Shown: in pieces, positions 1 to 7,742 of the stretch
Layout: the number at the start of each line of letters is the position of its first letter
How positions within the stretch are numbered: the stretch's first letter is position 1
Assembly (NCBI GenBank): GCA_947478955.1
Contig: CANJXJ010000003.1
Coordinates: forward strand, 1-61,416
From: Alphaproteobacteria bacterium
GTDB lineage: Bacteria; Pseudomonadota; Alphaproteobacteria; Paracaedibacterales; CAITNM01
DNA: 61,416 bases
Direction of reading: 5' to 3'
The notes under the pieces: generated by a model
The model's input: only the letters and a program-made list of their open reading frames with translations
Told to the model about the DNA's origin: nothing
The model's database searches: none
Position numbers and translations under genes: made by a program

Positions 1-463
1 GATAATAGAACAGCGTTCAAGTGTGATTATGGAAAAAATTAAAATGGCGGCGAATGCCATTTCATTACCCGATTATGTGTGAGAACGGCGGCGTGTGGTG
101 TTCGATATCTAAGTATGTTATAAAATTCAATTTTACTGAAAGTCAGCTATAGTTTATGAACAATGGACCTCGCCAATGCTAATAGCTAAACTTGCACAGC
201 AATCACTCAGTGCGCGATTTTAATTCATTGCTGAGGGCTTGGAAAGAACTCTAATATCTTTTCGTCCACTAAACAGAAATTCCTGTTATACTCCCCGGGA
301 TAGTTGTTTTAGATAAACTACGGGATCACTTATTAGGTTTGGTTGTACGCCCAAAATATTTCAAGAGTTGGGCAGGCGATCAAGCATCGAGGACCAAGAG
401 TGTACATGAGGACCGAAGATGCGATGATCAACGCACCCAAGGCTTGAAAGATGAAGGGCATAT

Positions 464-1681
464 ATGAAGTTATGGAAAAAAGTTTTAGTTGGCCTAGTAC
501 TTGGCGTTATTTTAGGAGTGATCTTAAAAGAGAAAGTCGTTTACCTAAAACCCTTCGGTGATATTTTTATCCGACTAATTAAAATGATCATTGTGCCGTT
601 AATCTTTTTTGCGATTGTCAGCGGCATTACCAGTGTGAAAGATTCTAAGGCCCTAAGCCGGGTGGGCATAAAAGCATCGGTTACCTATTTGCTAACCACT
701 CTTTTTGCCATAACGATCGGCCTGGGTATTGGCACCATTTTTGAACCAGGAAGTGGCGTTATACTGAACTTTAGTGGGGATGGCATATCTAAAATTCCTG
801 ACACAAACGTTGCTAAAATCATCGATACCCTTTTAAACATTATTCCGGAAAATGCCATTGAAGCCATGGCCCAAGGCACAATTTTACAAGTGGTCTTCTT
901 TGCCCTGTTTACCGGCATTACCCTTAACACTATGGAAAACACCGCATCAAAGCGCTTAAGCGATATATTTTCTATACTTTCATTAATGGTGTTCCGCATG
1001 GTGCACTTAATTATTCAGCTCTCTCCCGTTGCTGCGTGCGCTTTAACCGCTTGGATTGTTGGCACCCAAGGCATGGTCGTTTTAGAAAAACTTCTAAAAT
1101 TGGTAGGCTGTGCGTATTTGGCCTTTGGTGTCCAATACCTGGTGTTTGGACTCATTATTTATGTATGGACCAGGTTATCACCCGTGCCATTTTTTAAAAA
1201 GAGCCTTGAATACCAAACTCTGGCGTTTTCCACAAGCAGTACAAAGGCGGCATTACCTACAACTATTAAGGTTTGCCAAACACGCCTTGGTGTCTCAAAT
1301 ATCAGTTCATCGTTCGTGCTCCCCCTTGGGGCATCAATTAACATGGATGGTATCGCTATTTATATAAGCCTATGTGCTTTATTTTTCGCCCAAGCCACTG
1401 GCAAAGTTTTAGAACCAAGTGATTATGGATGCATTATTTTAACCGGAACCCTAGGGTCAATTGGCGGTGCGGGCATCCCCGGGGGTACCATTGTTATGCT
1501 GCCCATGGTTTTAGCATCAGTCGGCCTTCCCATTGAAGGCATTGCCTTAATTGCTGGTATTGACCGCATTATTGATATGATGCGCACCACCATTAGCATT
1601 ACCGGTGACGCTACCGTGGCATTATGCGTGGATCATTCCGAAGGGCTTTTAGATAGGGAAAAATACTACGCGGATGTTTAG
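464..1681 (+). CDS. Dicarboxylate/amino acid:cation symporter (DAACS/SDF family, GltP/DctA-like)
   Basis: 405-aa multi-TM ORF. Family-like motifs FSTSSTKAALPTT, GIPGGT and IDRIIDMMRTTISITGDA (DRxxxxxRT..GD). Confidence 0.8.
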   Translation: MKLWKKVLVGLVLGVILGVILKEKVVYLKPFGDIFIRLIKMIIVPLIFFAIVSGITSVKDSKALSRVGIKASVTYLLTTLFAITIGLGIGTIFEPGSGVILNFSGDGISKIPDTNVAKIIDTLLNIIPENAIEAMAQGTILQVVFFALFTGITLNTMENTASKRLSDIFSILSLMVFRMVHLIIQLSPVAACALTAWIVGTQGMVVLEKLLKLVGCAYLAFGVQYLVFGLIIYVWTRLSPVPFFKKSLEYQTLAFSTSSTKAALPTTIKVCQTRLGVSNISSSFVLPLGASINMDGIAIYISLCALFFAQATGKVLEPSDYGCIILTGTLGSIGGAGIPGGTIVMLPMVLASVGLPIEGIALIAGIDRIIDMMRTTISITGDATVALCVDHSEGLLDREKYYADV

Positions 1682-1772
1682 TTAGCCATAATTTAGTTAG
1701 CCATCATCAAGCAATGATGTACTTTTTAAAAGTAAAAGTGCATTAACTAGCAAAAAGCATCCCTATACGCCC

Positions 1773-2069
1773 TTAGCCAACAGCTGATAAAGCATTTATG
1801 CAAGCTAATTTAGTATTTTTTGCTGTTTTAATTGCCCCATTTTTTGGACCCGAACAAACTGCTTCAAGTTTTTTCTTCCCTATACATCTGTCATATGCTT
1901 CATTTGCTTCGTTCTCAGCATTTCTTTCTGAATCTAAGCATAGTCTTTTTTTGCGAGCGTGCTCTGCAATCTTAGCTTTCTTTGCCTCACCTGTTGAAGA
2001 TGCTGTGACAGAAGACGTAAACATGCCGCAGACTAGTGCAGCAATTAGGAATGTTAGTTTAAATGACAT
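1773..2069 (-). CDS. Small secreted Lys/Ala-rich hypothetical protein (4 Cys)
   Basis: 98-aa ORF with an N-terminal signal-like segment MSFKLTFLIAALVCGMFTSSVTASS. The opposite-strand ORF is F/S-rich and looks like an antisense artefact. Confidence 0.4.
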   Translation of the reverse strand: MSFKLTFLIAALVCGMFTSSVTASSTGEAKKAKIAEHARKKRLCLDSERNAENEANEAYDRCIGKKKLEAVCSGPKNGAIKTAKNTKLACINALSAVG

Positions 2070-2186
2070 ATATCTCTCTCTTCAAAATATACTTTATATT
2101 TAAATGTTCTAATTAAAAATAATTAATAACATATAAATTTTAAATATTATTATTTATCAAGCCCAAATATTTTTTCTCTTTTAGCC

Positions 2187-2420
2187 GTAAAATCCTGGGT
2201 AGGTGATCCATTCGCCCAAGGGTCATATTCTGGGTATGGCAATCAACTGAACGAAGCACTAGATGAAAGAATTCACCACAAGGATATCGAGTTCAAAAAA
2301 ATATTTGCCCCTATAAACAACCGGGTGTTTTTTACAGGGTAACATGCAACTATTTTGCCAGAAATTAGTACCATGGAAGCAGCAGCTGAATCAGCTGAAC
2401 GTCTAGCGAAGCTATTTTAA
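2187..2420 (+). pseudogene. C-terminal remnant of a flavin-containing amine oxidase with an in-frame stop
   Basis: Translation VKSWVGDPFAQGSYSGYG...NRVFFTG*HATILPEISTMEAAAESAERLAKLF matches the amine oxidase C-terminal pattern W..DP...GSYS ... FFAGEHT....GTMEGA..SG.RAA. TAA replaces the conserved Glu codon, and there is no upstream coding continuation. Confidence 0.6.
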
Positions 2421-2510
2421 AATCCGTTAACCCTAAAATTTCCATTTTTCCCTTGCCGTTATGCAACCTTTTTCCTTATGATCAGGGCAATATTGTAAAG
2501 CTAAAGTCAT

Positions 2511-3665
2511 ATGCGTAAATGGATTGAATTTCCCCTTGTTGAAGGTGTTTGTAGCCGTCAGGCCCATGCCGATTTTCCTATCCAAGAAGATGGTTCAAAA
2601 ACCTATGAACGTGAACTTGGTAAAGAAGGATTTTTTGGCCCCTGTACCCATATGATCCATCGCCATGCACCAACCGCCTGGACAAAGTGGGAAGGGCCGC
2701 TTCGGCCACGAGCATATGATTTAAATAAATGGAATCAAGATAAAAACTGCCCCTTTAAAACGGACATTTTTTTGCACAATCGCCACACCCAATTAAGGTG
2801 GTGGCAGCTCACCCAATCAATGACGCATCTGGCGCGCAATGGTGATGGCGACCAATTGCTGTTTATTCACCAAGGAAAAGCTGACCTATTTTGTGATTAT
2901 GGGCACCTTTCTATTAAAGCTGGTGATTACGTTGTGCTCCCCCGCTCCACTATGTGGCGGTTAGATGTGATTGAGCCTTTAAATATCTTATTAATTGAAG
3001 CAACCGATAGCAGCTACATGCTGCCCGATAAAGGCATTGTTGGCCCCCATGCAATTTTTGATCCGGCCATGCTTGATACTCCTAAAATGAATGATCAATT
3101 CAAAGCACAACAGATAGATGCTAATCATGAATGGGAAGTCCACATTAAACGCCTTGGCAAAATAAGCACCGTGACTTATCCGTTTAATCCTTTGGATGCT
3201 ATGGGATGGCACGGTAACCTAGCGCCAGTGCGCATTAATGTAGATGATATTCGCCCATTAATGAGCCATCGTTATCACTTGCCTCCATCGGCGCACACAA
3301 CCTTTGTGGCGAACCGATTTGTGGTTTGTACCTTTGCGCCACGGCCTATTGAAAGTGACCCAGGGGCACTGAAGGTACCTTTTTACCATAACAATGATGA
3401 TTACGATGAATTCATTTTCTACCATAGGGGCCAGTTTTTCAGCCGTGATAATATTCATCCAGGCATGACCACGCTTCACCCGTGTGGATTTACCCATGGA
3501 CCGCATCCAGGCGCATTTGCAACAGCTTCCCAGTTTGCCCGAAAAGAAACTGATGAAGTTGCAGTCATGGTTGATACCCGTGATAGCCTAGAAATAGGCG
3601 ATAGCGCTGCAGCTATTGAATGGGCTGAATACGCCAAAAGCTGGAAGGCGGTTGAAAAGCCATAA
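2511..3665 (+). CDS. Homogentisate 1,2-dioxygenase-family (short cupin type) protein
   Basis: 384-aa ORF. The N-terminal EGVCSRQAHADFP...GKEGFFGP and C-terminal HNNDDYDEFIFYHRG...LHPCGFTHGPHPG resemble bacterial short HmgA-like dioxygenases. No other tyrosine catabolism genes are adjacent. Confidence 0.5.
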   Translation: MRKWIEFPLVEGVCSRQAHADFPIQEDGSKTYERELGKEGFFGPCTHMIHRHAPTAWTKWEGPLRPRAYDLNKWNQDKNCPFKTDIFLHNRHTQLRWWQLTQSMTHLARNGDGDQLLFIHQGKADLFCDYGHLSIKAGDYVVLPRSTMWRLDVIEPLNILLIEATDSSYMLPDKGIVGPHAIFDPAMLDTPKMNDQFKAQQIDANHEWEVHIKRLGKISTVTYPFNPLDAMGWHGNLAPVRINVDDIRPLMSHRYHLPPSAHTTFVANRFVVCTFAPRPIESDPGALKVPFYHNNDDYDEFIFYHRGQFFSRDNIHPGMTTLHPCGFTHGPHPGAFATASQFARKETDEVAVMVDTRDSLEIGDSAAAIEWAEYAKSWKAVEKP

Positions 3666-3694
3666 GGGGTTTTTGCTGTCTACCCCATCCAGCA

Positions 3695-4909
3695 TTATCC
3701 CATCCAAACTTTCGGGACGAACGCTGCTTCTTTTTCAAGGAACAGCTCGGTAAGACCCCAGACTAGAGCATCGAGTCGGTCTGGGGATTTGCTTGAGACT
3801 TCAGGTACCCAGGAACATAACTGAGCCTCGAGCAGCGGATGGGGTTTGATGTGCTTGACCTTGCCCTGTTCGTACAGACTCACAATTGGCTCTGCCCGTA
3901 AGGCCTTGCCCCGGGTGGCATGGACGCCTTTGTAACTAATGTGTGGATCACGGGCCCGAAGCAGATCTTTGACCAAGTCTCCGCCCTTGTTGACCTCAGC
4001 AATCACCCGGTCAGCCTTATATTTATGATAGAGTTCCACCACATGGTGTACCCATTCGGTGGGCTTAGCCTTGATAGTGGCATCTTCTAACACATAAGCC
4101 TGTTGGTTAGAATGATATCCAATCACGGCAATACCGGTTTCATCACTGGAGGCATCATCGGTAAGGGCAGGATCAACCGCTACAACAATGCGCCGCCAAT
4201 CTTCACTTGGTGGTTTTTCATAAACAATTTTATCGGGTGTCCACAATGCCCCTTCGGTTTCAGGCATCATTTGGGCATAGATTTCTTGGGCCTCTAACTT
4301 GGTGCCGGCAAATTGTTTACTAAGGTTTTTCAAAAACCCCGGGGCTAGATTTGCTTGGTTATCAAAGGTAGATCCTTGGGTTACCACACAGTCCGGGTCA
4401 TTGATTAACATAGAAATTACTTTATTACGCCTAGGGGTAGTGGTGACAATACACTTAGGGGTTTCCCCTAACCTTAAGCACAGCTGAAGTTGTTCCCAGA
4501 ATTCTTCGGGGTGCTTGAACTTGCCCAGTTCATCTACCCAAGCGGCATCAAACTGAGGGCCACGTAAGCGTTCGTACCGATCAGCGCCGAACAGCTGTAC
4601 GATCGCCCCGTTGTGAAACTCTAATACTCCATCACTCTTGCTATAGCGTTTTAGGGCTTCTTTGGGGACAACACTTAAGATACCGCTGTGGCCTTCAACC
4701 ATGACCTGACGGGCTTCAACCAAGGTTTGCCCCACCAGGGCAATATGGGAAAAGCGATTGCTCGCAATCCAGTCCCAGATGGTTTCTGCACCGGTGCGGG
4801 TTTTACCGAAGCCACGCCCTGCCAGGATCAGCCAAGTTTGCCACTCCCTATCAATGGGTTCTAGCTGGGAAGGCCGAGCTAGGGTTTTCCAGGGATTAGG
4901 GAGCATCAT
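3695..4909 (-). CDS. Phage/GTA-type terminase large subunit (RcGTA g2-like TerL)
   Basis: Walker A LILAGRGFGKTRTG, LRGPQFDAAWVDELGKF, RIVVAVDP, ADRVIAEVNKGGDLV, RGKALRAEPIVSLYEQGKVKH and SPDRLDALVWGL match the alphaproteobacterial GTA TerL pattern. The start is set at ATG 4909 because the ORF extension 4910-5368 is made of repeat elements. Confidence 0.85.
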   Translation of the reverse strand: MMLPNPWKTLARPSQLEPIDREWQTWLILAGRGFGKTRTGAETIWDWIASNRFSHIALVGQTLVEARQVMVEGHSGILSVVPKEALKRYSKSDGVLEFHNGAIVQLFGADRYERLRGPQFDAAWVDELGKFKHPEEFWEQLQLCLRLGETPKCIVTTTPRRNKVISMLINDPDCVVTQGSTFDNQANLAPGFLKNLSKQFAGTKLEAQEIYAQMMPETEGALWTPDKIVYEKPPSEDWRRIVVAVDPALTDDASSDETGIAVIGYHSNQQAYVLEDATIKAKPTEWVHHVVELYHKYKADRVIAEVNKGGDLVKDLLRARDPHISYKGVHATRGKALRAEPIVSLYEQGKVKHIKPHPLLEAQLCSWVPEVSSKSPDRLDALVWGLTELFLEKEAAFVPKVWMG

Positions 4910-5020
4910 GAGGTTGACTGGATCCCCGCCTGCACAGGCGTGACAGAGGTGGGGTTGAGGATGACAAGAGTTGTGTTGAGAATGACAGGGGGGGCCTTTT
5001 TCCTTTCCCACATTTCTTTT

Positions 5021-5096
5021 GTCATTCCCGCGGAGGCGGGAATCCATCATGATTGGTTTTACTGGATTACCACGGGCTTTCAGCCCTCGAAATGAT
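5021..5096. repeat. Palindromic element copy A (degenerate right arm)
   Basis: GTCATTCCCGCGGAGGCGGGAATCCATCATGATTGGTTTTACTGGATT... matches the left arm and spacer of the copies at 11897, 17344 and 34473. GAATGACA remnants lie at 4958-4995. Confidence 0.7.
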
Positions 5097-5180
5097 GCTC
5101 TATGCCCTTTGAGCTCCTCCTCGCAGCTTGTATTCGGCCTTGATAAATATTTTTCAGAAATTGGATTTTTTAATGAAATC

Positions 5181-5240
5181 TTAAGATAATCCCTCCTAAA
5201 GTGGCCCCACCCAAATGAGGGTGGGGGTGGTAAGGGGTGC
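5181..5240. repeat. G/C-rich hairpin repeat (type 2), copy 1
   Basis: The core CCCCACCCAAATGAGGGTGGGG (5205-5226) forms an 8-bp stem. The reverse complement of 20232-20253 is nearly identical, with similar flanks (TTAAGA..., ...GGTGGTAAGGGGTG). Confidence 0.6.
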
Positions 5241-5641
5241 AACGTATCGGGCGCAAGAGACGAAAAATTAGACGAAACTTCGTTTTTGGAGCAGGTCAAA
5301 AAAGGAAGGGGCCACGCCCAAAAGAATCGGGATTTTTTTCGTAAAAAAAGCTTATGTAATGCGATCAAGACTTCCTATCAACTGAGAGCACTGCAAGCAG
5401 TATTATGCACAAACCCAAAAAGCCCCTAAAAATCATTTTTGGTCCTCTGAATACCTCGGTTTTGCTAGAGGCAAAAATTTTACTAGGGGCTTCTTTTTGA
5501 AAATGGGGGATAAAAATTGCACACTGCGTTATATATGGCTTTGGTTTTTATGCCTAGAAGACATTTTTTTGTTGCTTCCTTTCGTGATACTAGATCACAC
5601 TAATGTCACTTAGGAATTTATGAAGCAACACAAGGGGATTT

Positions 5642-6358
5642 GTGGAAGATATTAATGATTGGCAGTCAAAATTCGAATCATGCTCTTATTCCGATAGGCT
5701 ACTGGGAAAAATCCTTTTAAAAAATAAAACTGCCTACCAACCAATAGATATTAACGACCTTAAAAAAGCTATTTATTACGCACGGAAATATCATGGGGAA
5801 CAGCTTAGAAAGTCTGGTGAACCCTATTACTCACATCCTTTAGAAGTGGCGTATAGAGTGTCGGATTATCTTTTTAACGCCAATGCATTGGTTGTGAGTA
5901 TCCTTCATGACACGATCGAAGACACCGAGCTTACTTTTGAGATGATTGAATCTGTTTTTAGTCAAGAGATTGCCATCCAAGTTGATGATTTAACAAGAAT
6001 TAAAAAGGACCGAAAAATCAGTGCAGCGGAACTTATAGAAAATTTATGGGCCCAAAAGAAATATGACTTGGTGCTGATCAAGCTATTTGACAGGCTTCAC
6101 AATATGCAAACCATTGGGGCTATCTCGCAAAAAAAGGCCCAAAGTACTATTGATGAAACATTGAAGTATTTTTTGGTTTTAAGTGAAATGATGAATTTGC
6201 CAAGCTTGGGCGATTACTTATACAACGAATGTTATAAGGCTAACGTTACTTCAGGGTTAGTGACAGAAACCAAGCATGTGTTTGGGAAAGAGTTTAAACT
6301 TGCTAGACTTCCTGATTTTCGAGAGCTTCAAGCTTTTGAAAATGTAAAAGGCTCATAA
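5642..6358 (+). CDS. HD-domain protein, RelA/SpoT-type (p)ppGpp hydrolase domain only
   Basis: YYARKYHGEQLRKSGEPYYSHPLEVA ... ILHDTIEDT is the SpoT hydrolase HD signature. The ORF is 238 aa with a GTG start and no synthetase domain. Confidence 0.75.
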   Translation: MEDINDWQSKFESCSYSDRLLGKILLKNKTAYQPIDINDLKKAIYYARKYHGEQLRKSGEPYYSHPLEVAYRVSDYLFNANALVVSILHDTIEDTELTFEMIESVFSQEIAIQVDDLTRIKKDRKISAAELIENLWAQKKYDLVLIKLFDRLHNMQTIGAISQKKAQSTIDETLKYFLVLSEMMNLPSLGDYLYNECYKANVTSGLVTETKHVFGKEFKLARLPDFRELQAFENVKGS

Positions 6359-7616
6359 AGAATCCAATTCCCACAGGTATAAATATACAAAATAATCCCC
6401 AGTACCCTAGGTGTGCTGTGGTATAGACCAATCCAAATGAGGTAAGTAAATAGGTGAGCAATTTTGCAATAGCGCTTAAGAAGCTGGTATATGTAAATCT
6501 TTTAAATACGGGGAAATATTTATAAAAAATAGGCGTGGCTGGTACGTGATCAAATACAAACAAAGCTGCTAAGCATTGAAAAATTAAAATAGAAACAGAA
6601 TTTGGCGAATAACTTAAGATAATAGGGAAAAAGAAGAGGGTTACAAAAAATACGTAAAACTTGGCCTTTAAAATTTTAAAAGGGTGAATTTTAAGGCTTA
6701 AATACGCCAACATCATGATGCCGAATAAATCGATAATGGACACCCAGAAATTTTGGCTAATCACCTGAGCTGATGTAAATCCACATGTTTGCTTTAACAC
6801 GTCCCCGCAATAAATGTAGACGAAATAAAAACAAGGTGGCCTGGCGCACTGAATAAGGAAATAAGAAATAGAAGTTGATATAGAGGGCTTTTCATCTAGG
6901 TATTTTTTATTGACTTCATTTATGCCTATTAAATTATCCTCTAGCCTATTTTTTAACTTATTTTTTTTATTAGTAAATTCATCGGCTTCTTTCAAACTTG
7001 TTCTAGCGGCAGTTCCGACCAACGCAATGCCGGCGCCAACCAAAAACGCTATTCGCCAGCTAGAGGAATCGCCATAAATATTTACGTTGGTAAAAATGGA
7101 GGCAACTCCCAACGCTGCTGTTGTTCCCAATGCTGAAAATACGGTGATCAACGTTACCAGTGAATATTGAATGGGCGGTTTTGAGCTTTCGGTTAAATAA
7201 ATTTCAGCGCCCCGGGCTTCTGCAGTTGCGGCCATGCCTTGTATTGCTCGGCATGCAGTGATTACCCAAGAAGCAGTAATGCCTATTTGAGCGTAGGTCG
7301 GAAGGCTAGCAATAATAGCGCAGGATATGGCCATCAAAAAAGTTGTCATAATTACGACAACTTTCCTGCCTATATAATCACCTATGTAGCCAAACAAAAG
7401 TGCCCCAAAAGGCCTAAAGAAATATGTGGAACAAAAAGAAAAAGCTGATAATAAAGAACCCGTAAAACCATCGACCTTTGGAAAAAATAGGTCGTTTAGC
7501 AAAAAGGCCATATGCACATACAGCATCAAATCAAAATATTCTAAAAACGTGCCAACAGAAAGTAATCCGGCGGCTTCTCTTTGGCTTGTGGTTAATTTTG
7601 TTTGAGTTTCTTTCAT
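6303..7616 (-). CDS. MFS transporter (ProP-like osmolyte/metabolite:H+ symporter family)
   Basis: 437-aa ORF with about 12 predicted hydrophobic segments. It has the MFS loop motif GALLFGYIGDYIGRK and a central charged loop. Confidence 0.7.
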   Translation of the reverse strand: MKETQTKLTTSQREAAGLLSVGTFLEYFDLMLYVHMAFLLNDLFFPKVDGFTGSLLSAFSFCSTYFFRPFGALLFGYIGDYIGRKVVVIMTTFLMAISCAIIASLPTYAQIGITASWVITACRAIQGMAATAEARGAEIYLTESSKPPIQYSLVTLITVFSALGTTAALGVASIFTNVNIYGDSSSWRIAFLVGAGIALVGTAARTSLKEADEFTNKKNKLKNRLEDNLIGINEVNKKYLDEKPSISTSISYFLIQCARPPCFYFVYIYCGDVLKQTCGFTSAQVISQNFWVSIIDLFGIMMLAYLSLKIHPFKILKAKFYVFFVTLFFFPIILSYSPNSVSILIFQCLAALFVFDHVPATPIFYKYFPVFKRFTYTSFLSAIAKLLTYLLTSFGLVYTTAHLGYWGLFCIFIPVGIGFFMSLLHFQKLEALENQEV

Positions 7617-7742
7617 CCTTTAAAATCGATACTCGTTACAAATGTATTACGAAAGATTCAAGATCAATGAAAGTTGGTTGTGAGTCAAGGTGTTTTACAA
7701 AGGCTAGGGAGAAATTATAACGTTCAAGATAGCTTAGTGCCC

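Noticed and set aside
1-82. Possible 3' end of a plus-strand CDS (...IIEQRSSVIMEKIKMAANAISLPDYV*)
   Set aside because: Only 26 codons are visible, there is no recognisable motif, and the window edge prevents verification.
1677-1704. Direct repeat TTTAGTTAGCCAT x2 straddling the transporter stop codon
   Set aside because: It is a short 13-nt duplication with no associated structure, probably replication slippage of no clear significance.
1798-2103. 101-aa plus-strand ORF opposite the small secreted protein gene
   Set aside because: Its F/S/A-rich composition is typical of an antisense frame. The minus-strand ORF has a credible signal peptide and a charged mature region.
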